A stretch of 64,000 bases of DNA from an uncultured Novosphingobium sp. (GTDB lineage Bacteria; Pseudomonadota; Alphaproteobacteria; Sphingomonadales; Sphingomonadaceae): positions 4,984 through 68,983 of the forward strand of contig CAZSTP010000002.1 of the NCBI GenBank assembly GCA_964609325.1, given 5' to 3'. The notes below the pieces were generated by a model. The model was not told the origin of the DNA. It searched no databases and was given only the letters and a program-made list of their open reading frames with translations. The number at the start of each line of letters is the position of its first letter. Position 1 is the stretch's first letter. Below, in pieces: positions 42,129 to 51,780 of the stretch. The translations under genes were made by a program, and so were the position numbers.

Positions 42129-45100
42129 ATGGCCTGATGAAACGCGCACAGACCGTGCTCTCGCTGGCCGCTCTGGCTTTTGCCGCAGTGGTGGTGATTG
42201 GCGTTCCGCTCGACCTTACCCAGCAGTGGCTGATGGCCGGCGGCACGATCCTTGGCACAATTCTGCTGAGTCGGACCAAGTCACGCAAGATGATCCTGAC
42301 GCTCGGGATTTTGGCTATCCTGACGTCGACGCGCTATATGTTCTGGCGCACCACGCAAACGCTCTCATTCAATACGCTGCCCGAATTCGTGTTCGGCACA
42401 GGCCTCTATCTGGCCGAGCTTTACGCATGGGTGCTCTTGCTGCTCGGCTTCTTGCAAACGAGCTGGCCGCTGGAGCGACCGGTCGTTGAAATCGAAGGCG
42501 AACCGGACACCTGGCCAACCGTCGATGTCTATGTCCCGACTTACAATGAAAGCCTGGAGATCGTCCGGAACACGGTCTACGCAGCGATGGATATGGATTA
42601 CCCGGCCGACAGGTTCCGGGTGTTTATCCTTGATGACGGTCGGCGCGCGGATTTCCGCGCTTTTGCGCGTGAAGCGGGCTGCGGTTACATCACGCGTGAT
42701 AACAATCTGCACGCCAAGGCTGGCAATCTGAACGCCGCAATGAAGCAGACAGATGGCGAATTGATCGCCATCTTCGATTGCGATCACGTTCCGGTGCGGT
42801 CATTCCTGCAACTTAGTGTTGGCTGGTTCCAGAAGGACCCGGCCCTCGCCTTGATGCAGACGCCGCACTTTTTCTATTCCCCCGATCCGGTTCAGCGCAA
42901 CATTGCCTCGGCCCGTCACATGCCGGGCGAAGGCGATCTGTTCTACAATCCGGTTCAGGATGGCAACGATCTGTGGAATGCCACGTTCTTCTGCGGCAGT
43001 TGCGCCGTCATTCGCGCCGAGGCTCTGGCGCAGACCAACGGCTTTGCCGGTGAAACTGTAACCGAAGACGCCCACACCGCGTTGAAGCTTCAACGCATGG
43101 GTTGGAACACCGCCTATATCTCCACCCGCCTTTCGGCAGGCCTTGCTACGGAACGCCTTGTTGTCCACATCGGCCAGCGCATCCGCTGGGCGCGCGGCAT
43201 GACGCAGATCATGCGGATTGATAACCCGCTGCTTGGCAAAGGCCTCAAATGGCAACAGCGCCTTTGCTATCTGAACGCGATGCTGCACTTCCAGTTCCCG
43301 CTACCGCGCATCGTGTTTTTGACCAGCCCCTTGGCATACCTCATCTTCGGCCAGAACATCATCCAGGCGTCAGCTACGCTGATTTTTGCTTATGCCATGC
43401 CGCATCTGTTCTGCTCGCAAGTGGCCGCAGAGCGCCAGCAATCGGGATGGCGGCGGCCCTATTGGGGCGAAATCTACGAGACAATCCTTGCCTTCCATCT
43501 GGTCGCACCCACGGTCAAAACCTGGTTCCAGCCGCGCAAGGGCAAGTTCAACGTAACCGATAAGGGCGAACTGCTCGACAAGACATTTTTTGACTGGGCG
43601 ATCGTCAAACCGCACCTGATCACGATCGGCCTGATCGTGGGCGGCATCTTGCTGGCAGTGTCCAAGTATCTGTTCTTCCAGAGCTACTTCAACGTGCAAC
43701 TCGATACGCTCGCGTTGAACCTGGCTTGGGCGACCTTCAGCCTGATCCTGCTGATCACGGCAGTATCCGTTGCGCGTGAATCACGCCAGGCACGCAAGGA
43801 AATCCGCGTGGATGCTGCGCTGCCTGTCACTGTCCACTTTGCCTCGGGTCATGTCGCCTATGGCGTAACCACCAATATTTCGATGGGCGGGGCCGCGATC
43901 CGCATCCCGGCCGGTGCTGCTTCTGCTGACACGATTGCCCGCCATATCGTGCTGTCTACAGGAACCGAAAGCCTCGCGATTCCGGTCGACCAGATCCGGC
44001 GGCAGGGCGATATGGTTGCAGTGCAGTTCCACAAGCTTGAACATATCGCCGCACGCCAGATCGTGCGTGTCATCATGGGCCGGGCAGACGCGTGGCAGCG
44101 CAGTTATGCGCCCGAACGCGTCTCGGGCCTGCGTTCGTTCTGGGACATAATCTTGATCGATATCTTGACGTTAAAGCGCGCGCTTGGCCTGAATTTTGCC
44201 GAACGCCAAATCGAAAAAGCCGCACTGGTCCAACAAAGCGCCCAACCGGCAAAGCCGATGGCACCTGCTGCGCCTGCAGCTTCCAAACTGCTCAAGGCGG
44301 CGGGTCTGGCTTTCGGGTTGCTGGCATTGGGTTATGCTCTGGCCCCGCAGTTCGCGCTTGCCGCCCCAGTGGCAGCGCCCGTAGCAACAGCACCCGAACT
44401 GGCTGCCGCGACAGCTTCGGATCAACGCTCAGAACGGCTCACTTTCAAAGACTTGCGCATCCGCAACGCCATCCGGTTGCAAGGTACGCGTGGCGAAATC
44501 AGCATACCGTTTGGCATCCGTCAGGATCAGGTTGTCAGTGCCGCATCGATCACGTTGCAAACGGCATGGTCACCAGCCTTGCTGGGTGACCGCAGCCAAT
44601 TGGTGATCATTGTCAACGGCGAAGTCGTACAAGTCGTCCAGCTTCTCCCGCAAAACTCGGGCGGCCAGCGTATCACCGTACCGGTCAATCCTGCGTTGTT
44701 TCTGCCCGGAGACAACCAGCTCAATTTGCGCTTGATCGGGCACTATGCACGCGATTGCGAGGATCCGTTCCACAGCCTGCTCTGGGCCAATATCAGCAAC
44801 ACGCGGTCGTGGCTTGACCTGACCCTGCAACCACTGCCGAACACCCCCGATCTTGCCCGCCTCCCCGCGCCGTTCTTTGAAAAGGGCATCAATACGGCGC
44901 TGAAAGTGCCGTTCGTATTCCCCGGCCAGCCCCATCATGGCGAACTCGAAGCTGCAGCATCGATCGCTTCGTGGCTTGGCAGCCTTGCCAGCTATCGCGG
45001 TTATGCATTCAAGCCTTCGTTTGGCGCTGTACCCACCGGCAACGCGGTGGTCTTTCTCAATCGCGGCGATGCCATGCCCGAGCTTGGCCTTGCCGTAACC

Positions 45101-46552
45101 GGACCTTCGGCTGCCATCATCGTCAACCCGACCGACCGTTTTGGCAAACTGCTCGTTATCATGGGCCGTGACGATACGGAATTGCGGCTTGCCGCTGCTG
45201 CTATTGCCACCGGAAAGGGCGTGTTCGGCGGCCCCCGCATGAGCTTTGAGGGTGCGCGCATTCCCACCTGGCCGCGCTATGGTGCACCGCGCTGGCTTTC
45301 AACAGATCGCGCCATGAAAGTCGGCGAACTGGTTGAGCCTTATGCATTGCAAGGCATGGGTCTGCCTCCCGGCCCGCTCACCGTGCGCTTCCGCGTCGCA
45401 CCGGACCTGTTCTTCTGGCCGCGTCAAGGCGGCGAAGTCGATTTGCAGTATCGCTATCCCGTGGCCAGTTGGCTTGATCGCGATGCCTCACGGCTCGATG
45501 TGTCGATGAACGGACAATATCTGAAGTCGTTGCCCGTCACGGGTAGCTGGTGGAGCGGGATTTTCGGCAAGAGCGGCGTAAACAGCTCGGACAACACGGC
45601 AAGTGTGGTTATGCCGCGCTATAGCCTGTTCGGGCAGAACGAACTGGTGTTCGATTACAACCTGATTGTTGCGGACAAGCAGAAATGCACCGGCATGTTG
45701 CCTGATAATGTCCGTGTTGCAATTTTGCCTGATTCGAAGATTGATCTGACAGCAGCCTATCATGGCATCGAAATGCCTGATCTGGCTCCTTTTGCCAGTG
45801 CCGGATATCCGTTCACAATCCGGCCTGATCTGGCCGAGACGACGGTAATCATGGCCAGTGACCCGACGCCGGCTGCGATTGAAGCGTTCCTGACGCTGAT
45901 GGGCAGGTTTGGCGATTCCACCGGCGTTGCCACAACCGGCATTACCGTTACCGACCGTGCAGAACCTTCGCGCCTTGAAGATCAGGACATCCTCGTTATC
46001 GGCAGCACCAACCTTGCCGGGTCGGAAGAATTGTTTGCGAATGCGCCGCTCCGCTACGAAGGCGATGCTCTGCAAGTGGCGCAAAAAAGCCCGATGCAAT
46101 ATGTCGGCGCGCTGCTCAGCAACCGTCCACAGGTCGATAAGTCAGACATTGAAAGCGTGGTCCGAAGCGCCCGTGGCTTTAGCGGCTTTGTCAGCTTCCG
46201 TTCTCCGTATGGGAAGGAGCGCACGGTTGTAGCGCTTCTGGCCGAAGACACAGTCGAATTGCCCAAGCTCGTAGATGGCATGGCCGACGCCAAGATCAAC
46301 GCGCAGATTCAGGGCGATCTCGCAGTCGTATCCGGCGAAGGTATGGTCAGCTTTGCGATCGGGCCAACCTATTGGGTAGGATCGCTGCCCGTCTGGATGA
46401 AGGTTGCGTACTGGTTCAGCCAGCGCCCCTTCCTGATGGCTTTGTCCACGCTGATCCTTGCTTTGGGACTGACAGGGCCTGCTTTCCTTTTCTTCCGCCG
46501 TCAGGCTCGTGCCCGATTGGCTGCCATTGGCGATAAAGGTGAACCTAAATGA
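42125..46552 (+). CDS. bcsA: Fused cellulose synthase BcsA-BcsB
   Basis: GT2 motifs DDG, HAKAGN, FDCD, QTPH, TED, QRIRW. PilZ motifs RKEIR and NISMGG. BcsB periplasmic region and C-terminal TM follow in the same frame. Confidence 0.95.
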   Translation: MNGLMKRAQTVLSLAALAFAAVVVIGVPLDLTQQWLMAGGTILGTILLSRTKSRKMILTLGILAILTSTRYMFWRTTQTLSFNTLPEFVFGTGLYLAELYAWVLLLLGFLQTSWPLERPVVEIEGEPDTWPTVDVYVPTYNESLEIVRNTVYAAMDMDYPADRFRVFILDDGRRADFRAFAREAGCGYITRDNNLHAKAGNLNAAMKQTDGELIAIFDCDHVPVRSFLQLSVGWFQKDPALALMQTPHFFYSPDPVQRNIASARHMPGEGDLFYNPVQDGNDLWNATFFCGSCAVIRAEALAQTNGFAGETVTEDAHTALKLQRMGWNTAYISTRLSAGLATERLVVHIGQRIRWARGMTQIMRIDNPLLGKGLKWQQRLCYLNAMLHFQFPLPRIVFLTSPLAYLIFGQNIIQASATLIFAYAMPHLFCSQVAAERQQSGWRRPYWGEIYETILAFHLVAPTVKTWFQPRKGKFNVTDKGELLDKTFFDWAIVKPHLITIGLIVGGILLAVSKYLFFQSYFNVQLDTLALNLAWATFSLILLITAVSVARESRQARKEIRVDAALPVTVHFASGHVAYGVTTNISMGGAAIRIPAGAASADTIARHIVLSTGTESLAIPVDQIRRQGDMVAVQFHKLEHIAARQIVRVIMGRADAWQRSYAPERVSGLRSFWDIILIDILTLKRALGLNFAERQIEKAALVQQSAQPAKPMAPAAPAASKLLKAAGLAFGLLALGYALAPQFALAAPVAAPVATAPELAAATASDQRSERLTFKDLRIRNAIRLQGTRGEISIPFGIRQDQVVSAASITLQTAWSPALLGDRSQLVIIVNGEVVQVVQLLPQNSGGQRITVPVNPALFLPGDNQLNLRLIGHYARDCEDPFHSLLWANISNTRSWLDLTLQPLPNTPDLARLPAPFFEKGINTALKVPFVFPGQPHHGELEAAASIASWLGSLASYRGYAFKPSFGAVPTGNAVVFLNRGDAMPELGLAVTGPSAAIIVNPTDRFGKLLVIMGRDDTELRLAAAAIATGKGVFGGPRMSFEGARIPTWPRYGAPRWLSTDRAMKVGELVEPYALQGMGLPPGPLTVRFRVAPDLFFWPRQGGEVDLQYRYPVASWLDRDASRLDVSMNGQYLKSLPVTGSWWSGIFGKSGVNSSDNTASVVMPRYSLFGQNELVFDYNLIVADKQKCTGMLPDNVRVAILPDSKIDLTAAYHGIEMPDLAPFASAGYPFTIRPDLAETTVIMASDPTPAAIEAFLTLMGRFGDSTGVATTGITVTDRAEPSRLEDQDILVIGSTNLAGSEELFANAPLRYEGDALQVAQKSPMQYVGALLSNRPQVDKSDIESVVRSARGFSGFVSFRSPYGKERTVVALLAEDTVELPKLVDGMADAKINAQIQGDLAVVSGEGMVSFAIGPTYWVGSLPVWMKVAYWFSQRPFLMALSTLILALGLTGPAFLFFRRQARARLAAIGDKGEPK

Positions 46553-49500
46553 CGCGCAAATCAGACCTTTTGCAGCGCAGCCTCGTCGTATGCCTGCTGG
46601 GCAGTGTGGCCCTACCCAGCCCGGCAACGGCTGAAGTTCCCGGTGTCAAAGCTCTGTTAGAGCAGGCCAAGTATTGGCGATCCAAGGGGCGCAATGATTT
46701 GGCCGATCAGGCGCTGCGCCGCGCGCGTGCGCTTGATCCGCAAAGTGCAGAAGTGAAACAGGCAGCGGCCAAGCCTGCGGCAAAACCTGCACCAAAGCCC
46801 TTGCCCAAGCCCGCTTTCGGACAGCAGGTCGCGCCCGTGGCCAAAGCACCCGTTGCGCGTGCACCAACCCCTGCGCCAAAACGTCAGGCCGAAGTGCGTC
46901 GGGTGAAGCCAACGCCTGCATCGACCGCCGGAACAATCCGCGTCGCGGGCTTTTCCGCGCTGGACGCAGGCGACATCGATACAGCGGCAAACCGCTTTGA
47001 ACGCGCGCTTTCGACCAACCGCAACGATGGCGATGCGCTGGGTGGCTTGGGTATTGTGCGCTTGCGCCAAAGCCGCTTTTCCGAAGCGCGCGATTTGCTG
47101 GAACGCGCATCGCGTCAGCCCGGTGCAGCGCGTTGGGCCGAGGCGCTTACCACTTCGCGCTTTTTTGCCGGTGTTGAAGACGCCCGGCGCGCGCTCAACA
47201 GTGGTTTGATCGATAAAGCGCAAGCCATTGCCGAAGACGTCGTGCGGATGAATTACGAGGAGCCGCAACCAGCACTGGAAGCCCTGGCTGAAATCTACGA
47301 AAAGCAAGGCAGGTTTGCCGATGCCGCCGACCTTTACAGCCAGGCAGGGGACGGTGGAGCAGACAATGAATCGCGTTTGCGCAGCCGTGCTGCCCGTGGC
47401 CGCGCGCTTGCCGCCGCGGCGCAAGGCGATGATTTCATGGCCGAGCAGGAATTCCACAACGGCCTGATGATCGACAGCAACGATCCATGGATCCGCTACG
47501 AATTTGCGCGCTTCATGATCCGCAAAGGGCGGCGTGTCGAAGCAGAATCGCTTATCGCTTCGCTGTCGCAGGCAACCTCTACCGATGCGATCTACGCCGC
47601 GGCGCTGGTCCATCAAGACCTTGGCAATGCGCTTGCCGCCTCGGCCCTGATTGACCGGATCCCTGAAGGCCAGCGCACTCCGGCGATGCAAACTTTTGCG
47701 ATCAGCATCAAGACCGAGAGCGCGATCCAGCGGGCAAAAGCCATGGCTGAAGTTGGCCAGAAGGCCGGTGCGATCTCTGCCCTGCGCCAGATCGGCGCAA
47801 TGTCTGCCCTGCCTGCTGCCCGCCGGGCACAAGTGGCAGACGCGCTGTTTGATCTGAACGATACGGCCGCTGCATCCAGCATGGCCGCCAACGCCTTGAA
47901 CGGCGAGATTACCGATCTGGCGGGATATGACGCGGTCGTGCGCGTCCTGGCCAAGACCGGACGCGAGGATCTGGCCCGTAAAGCATTGCAAAAGGCATCT
48001 GCGCTGGGCAACAGTTCACCCGAAGGTCAACGTACTTTGGCCAGAATGTCTGCCGGACTTTCGGTTTCCCAGGCGGAACGCCTGCGCCTTGCCGGGCAAT
48101 TCGCACCGGCATTTGATCTGCTGCAAACGGCTTGGGCCTCTATGCCGGATGATGTGGAAGTCCTTTCGGCGATTGCACGGTTGTACCAAAGCGGCAGGAT
48201 GCCGGCCCGCGCCGCGCAAGCTTTCCAGCTTGTTCTGGCACAAGAGCCACGCAACCGGGGTGCGTTGATCGGACTTGCCGAAACCGCCCAAGCGGCGGGC
48301 GACCGCGCTTTGTCGGCCCGCGCCAGCGACAAGGCAATCGAGGCTTGGCCCGATGACTACCAAGTGCGCCTGACCTTGGCGCGCGTTGCCGAACAGCGCG
48401 GGGATAAAAGCGGTTCGGTGCGCCTGTTGAAGCAAGCACGGACGCTTTACGCCCAACAGAACACTGGTGCGCCAACCCTGCAACAGGGCGGCAATCCGTT
48501 CGCGGCCAGCAATGTACCCAACGATGGCAATCCATTTCGCACCCAAGCCATGCCTGCGCCCGCGCCTGCACGGATCAATCCGTTCGCATTGGGCAATGGC
48601 ACGCAGCTTCCGTCGGTCGGCATGGCAAATTTTGATCAGCCCGCCAGAGCGAGGCTTCAACCGATGTCCGCAAACGGATGGGACAATCCGGTTGCCTCCC
48701 AAGCCCGTTCACAAGGCAATTGGGACAGCCCTGCGCCTATGCTGACTCAAAGCGGTTGGGATGATCCGGCACCGGCCCGTTCATCCAATGGTTGGGATAA
48801 TCCGGTGCCCGCACGGGCACAAAATGGTTGGGACAACCCCGCACCCGCACGGGCGCAAAATGGTTGGGACAATCCTGTTCCCGCCCAGAACCGGTCACAG
48901 AACGAATTTGCGGCGGCGCCCTATCAGCCTGTGCCCTCACCCTTCCCCAGCAGCACAAGCCGTGGTTATGGTTCAATGCCGATGGGCGGATCAGCCGACC
49001 CTGTCATGGCCGGTATCGAAGCCGATATCCGCGCGCTCACCAAAAGCTCGGGTCCAAGGGTCGATTTGCAAACGTCCTATCGCCAGCGCAAGGGCGAGAC
49101 GGGGCTTAGCCAATTCAGCGAAATCAAAGGAACGGCAGAGCTTTCAACCGGCCTCTTGGGCGGTCGCGCAAAAGTTCGCGCCGAGGCGGTGATGATTGAT
49201 GCCGGGCGACCCACGGGATCGGGCCTTGCCCGGTTTGGCCGCAACGCAACGATCGAAGCACAATCGATCGTCAACCGGGTGCCATCGCCGCTGGTGCAGG
49301 CCGTAACCCAACAAGCATCGGGCGTTGCACTGTCAGCAGGTTATGAAAATGATCTGGTGCAGGCAGAAGTCGGCACAACGCCCATCAACATGGGGCGCAC
49401 CAAGCTTGCCTTCCGCGCTGCGCTGACGCCCCGCATCACGCCCAATCTGACGGCAAAGGTGTGGGTCGAGAAAAAGCCGGTCACCGATTCCATCATTTCC

Positions 49501-50160
49501 TACGCAGGCACGCGTGATCCTGTAACGGGTGAGCGTTGGGGCGGGGTCATGCGCACCGGTGGTGGTGTGGCAGGTTCCTATGACCGCGAAGGCAACGGCG
49601 TTTACGGCGAACTGGTCTACAGCCGCTACCGTGGCCGCATCGTGCCGAACAACTCGTCGTTTGAAGCAAACTTCGGCGGCTATCTGCGCTTGATCAAGGG
49701 CGAGCATTCGCAATTGACCGGCGGCATCAACGCCAATTACCAGACGTATGACAACAACCAGAACCACTTCACTTATGGTCACGGCGGTTACTTCAGCCCG
49801 CAGAACTTTGTCAGCATCGGCTTCCCGATCAATTATACGCTGGAAACCGACAAGTTGGACGTAAAGGCCAACATCACGCCCGGTTTCCAAAGCTTCAAGC
49901 AGGAAGAAACGGCGCTCTATCCCTCGGAGCCCGGCTTGCAAGCGCAGCTTGACGCACTCAAGCGGCTGAACACCGATGTGCGGGCCCGCTATGACAGCCT
50001 CAGCCGCACCGGCTTTGCCATTACCGCTGGCGGTTCGGCCTACTACCGGATTTCGCCGACCACCGAGATTGGCGGAAATACCTCGTTCAACACGTTCGGA
50101 AACTTTGACGAATTCCGTTCAACCATCGGGATTCGCCAATCCATTGGAGGAACGAATTAA
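46549..50160 (+). CDS. bcsC: Cellulose export outer-membrane protein (TPRs plus beta-barrel)
   Basis: Signal peptide, LLEQAKYW, TPR array, R.GETGLSQ, GGYFSPQ; follows bcsAB. Confidence 0.9.
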   Translation: MTRKSDLLQRSLVVCLLGSVALPSPATAEVPGVKALLEQAKYWRSKGRNDLADQALRRARALDPQSAEVKQAAAKPAAKPAPKPLPKPAFGQQVAPVAKAPVARAPTPAPKRQAEVRRVKPTPASTAGTIRVAGFSALDAGDIDTAANRFERALSTNRNDGDALGGLGIVRLRQSRFSEARDLLERASRQPGAARWAEALTTSRFFAGVEDARRALNSGLIDKAQAIAEDVVRMNYEEPQPALEALAEIYEKQGRFADAADLYSQAGDGGADNESRLRSRAARGRALAAAAQGDDFMAEQEFHNGLMIDSNDPWIRYEFARFMIRKGRRVEAESLIASLSQATSTDAIYAAALVHQDLGNALAASALIDRIPEGQRTPAMQTFAISIKTESAIQRAKAMAEVGQKAGAISALRQIGAMSALPAARRAQVADALFDLNDTAAASSMAANALNGEITDLAGYDAVVRVLAKTGREDLARKALQKASALGNSSPEGQRTLARMSAGLSVSQAERLRLAGQFAPAFDLLQTAWASMPDDVEVLSAIARLYQSGRMPARAAQAFQLVLAQEPRNRGALIGLAETAQAAGDRALSARASDKAIEAWPDDYQVRLTLARVAEQRGDKSGSVRLLKQARTLYAQQNTGAPTLQQGGNPFAASNVPNDGNPFRTQAMPAPAPARINPFALGNGTQLPSVGMANFDQPARARLQPMSANGWDNPVASQARSQGNWDSPAPMLTQSGWDDPAPARSSNGWDNPVPARAQNGWDNPAPARAQNGWDNPVPAQNRSQNEFAAAPYQPVPSPFPSSTSRGYGSMPMGGSADPVMAGIEADIRALTKSSGPRVDLQTSYRQRKGETGLSQFSEIKGTAELSTGLLGGRAKVRAEAVMIDAGRPTGSGLARFGRNATIEAQSIVNRVPSPLVQAVTQQASGVALSAGYENDLVQAEVGTTPINMGRTKLAFRAALTPRITPNLTAKVWVEKKPVTDSIISYAGTRDPVTGERWGGVMRTGGGVAGSYDREGNGVYGELVYSRYRGRIVPNNSSFEANFGGYLRLIKGEHSQLTGGINANYQTYDNNQNHFTYGHGGYFSPQNFVSIGFPINYTLETDKLDVKANITPGFQSFKQEETALYPSEPGLQAQLDALKRLNTDVRARYDSLSRTGFAITAGGSAYYRISPTTEIGGNTSFNTFGNFDEFRSTIGIRQSIGGTN
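48673..48900 (+). repeat. Six imperfect ~12-aa tandem repeats (NGWDNPxPARxQ) inside bcsC
   Basis: NGWDNPVASQARSQ, GNWDSPAPMLTQ, SGWDDPAPARSS, NGWDNPVPARAQ, NGWDNPAPARAQ, NGWDNPVPAQNRSQ. Confidence 0.9.
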
Positions 50161-50165
50161 GTCCG

Positions 50166-50606
50166 ATGCCGCTTACCGCAACGTCACCTTCCCTTAGCGT
50201 ACACGGCGTTCCGATTCTTCTGGCCCAAGTGGTGGCAGAGCTTTCCGATGTGGCCCCTGTTCCACAGATCGAAAGCTTCGTTTTTGCACTCGGTCAGAGG
50301 CTGGCGACGCGCGTGTACCTGAACGACGCCGCCAGCCTGACGGAACTCGAAGACCAGGTGAACCTGCTGTGGCGTGAAATCGGCATCGGGCGATCGCGCA
50401 TGGCCGCAGATGCCACTGCTATCGTGGTGCACCATGATCCCGGCCATCTGCCCGACGATGTTATTGAAGCCGAGGCACTGCCCTATCTTGCAGAACTGGT
50501 ACGCGGGACATTCGATGCCTGTTTCCGGCGGCTCGGCAGCAGCGAAAAAACCAAAACGACCGCGAAATGGGTCAAGCACATGATTGAAATACGCCATGGC
50601 AGTTAA
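50166..50606 (+). CDS. bcsD: Cellulose synthase subunit D-like protein
   Basis: 146 aa between bcsC and bcsZ; pattern LGQRLA...LTELEDQVN.LW..IG.G...IVVHH resembles BcsD. Confidence 0.7.
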   Translation: MPLTATSPSLSVHGVPILLAQVVAELSDVAPVPQIESFVFALGQRLATRVYLNDAASLTELEDQVNLLWREIGIGRSRMAADATAIVVHHDPGHLPDDVIEAEALPYLAELVRGTFDACFRRLGSSEKTKTTAKWVKHMIEIRHGS

Positions 50607-51603
50607 TCGCCGCAACTTCAGCCTCGGCCTCGCCTCCATTCTGACTGTCGCCTGCGCAAAAGTACCCGAAAGCAAAGCAAAAACCGGCGACGGCTTTTGG
50701 GCGCAATTCCGCGAACGCTTTATCCTGCCCTCGGGCCGCGTGATCGATAATGGCAATGGCAATATCAGCCACAGCGAAGGCCAAGGCTATGGCCTGTTGC
50801 TGGCCGCCATCAACAGCGATGAAGCCACATTCGATGCGCTGGCAGAATGGACGCAGGACACTTTGGGCCGCGATGACATGGCGCTGCATGCGTGGCGCTA
50901 TGATTCGCGCGAATTCAATCCGATACCGGACCGGAACAACGCCACCGATGGCGATATGCTGATCGCGTGGGCTCTTTCGCTTGGCGCGAAGAAATGGCGC
51001 AACAGCAGCTATGCCGCGCGCTCAAAAGCGATCCGCCAGGCGATCCGCTCCCGCCTGATCGTTCAGCGCAATGGCGAACAAATGCTCCTTCCCGGCCTCG
51101 TCGGCTTTGTCGAAGCCGAGCGCGTGGTGATCAATCCCTCCTATTACATCTGGCCTGCGCTGGATCACTTCCGCGCGGTTGATGGCGCGGCGGCATGGTC
51201 AGCGGTGATCAATGACGGCATGCGGATCATGTCCCGCGCACGCTTCGGTCCATACGGCCTTCCTGCCGACTGGCTGCAGGTTGATCCGACCGGCACGTGG
51301 ATGCCCGCAATCGACAAACCGCCCCGCTTCGGCTTCGATGCCATCCGCATCCCGCTCTATGCAGAGGCCGGACGCCGCAAAACCTTGTCCGAACCGATCA
51401 TCGCATGGTGGCAATCGCTTGCCGCATCAGGCCAGCAAATCCCGGCATGGATCGATCTGCAATCGGGCCAAGTCGCGCCTTACGGCTTGTCTGTCGGTGG
51501 TGAGGCGATCAAGGCGCTCGCGCTAGGCCAGCCCCAACCGGAAGTTCTGGCAGGGGATTACTACGCCGCCGTGCTGCAACTGTTCGCCCGCTACGTAAAA
51601 TAA
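50596..51603 (+). CDS. bcsZ: GH8 endo-1,4-beta-glucanase
   Basis: SHSEGQGYG, NATDGD, NPSYY, FGFDAIRIPLY; N-terminal RRNF. Confidence 0.92.
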   Translation: MAVNRRNFSLGLASILTVACAKVPESKAKTGDGFWAQFRERFILPSGRVIDNGNGNISHSEGQGYGLLLAAINSDEATFDALAEWTQDTLGRDDMALHAWRYDSREFNPIPDRNNATDGDMLIAWALSLGAKKWRNSSYAARSKAIRQAIRSRLIVQRNGEQMLLPGLVGFVEAERVVINPSYYIWPALDHFRAVDGAAAWSAVINDGMRIMSRARFGPYGLPADWLQVDPTGTWMPAIDKPPRFGFDAIRIPLYAEAGRRKTLSEPIIAWWQSLAASGQQIPAWIDLQSGQVAPYGLSVGGEAIKALALGQPQPEVLAGDYYAAVLQLFARYVK

Positions 51604-51613
51604 CCGCCAAGGT

Positions 51614-51778
51614 TTACCTGGCGGGTCCGGCCTTCTTCGCCTTGTGCTCGGCCAGCAGCGTATCAAGCTCTTCGATGCGCAGGCGTTCCGGCGTGCCCTT
51701 GGGCAGGCCTTTCAGGCGGCAGGCGGCCCAAAGGCTTTTGCGCTCGGCTTCCAGCGCTTTAAGATAAAGGTCGGCCAT
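51614..51778 (-). CDS. Small (54 aa) hypothetical protein downstream of rsgA
   Basis: Below the ORF-track length cutoff; translated by hand: MADLYLKALEAERKSLWAACRLKGLPKGTPERLRIEELDTLLAEHKAKKAGPAR. Starts 2 bp after the rsgA stop. Confidence 0.65.
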   Translation of the reverse strand: MADLYLKALEAERKSLWAACRLKGLPKGTPERLRIEELDTLLAEHKAKKAGPAR

Positions 51779-51780
51779 CG

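Noticed and set aside
48673-48900. CRISPR-like DNA repeat in bcsC
   Set aside because: The repeats are in frame, about 36 bp, conserved at the protein level with synonymous variation, and lack unique spacers.
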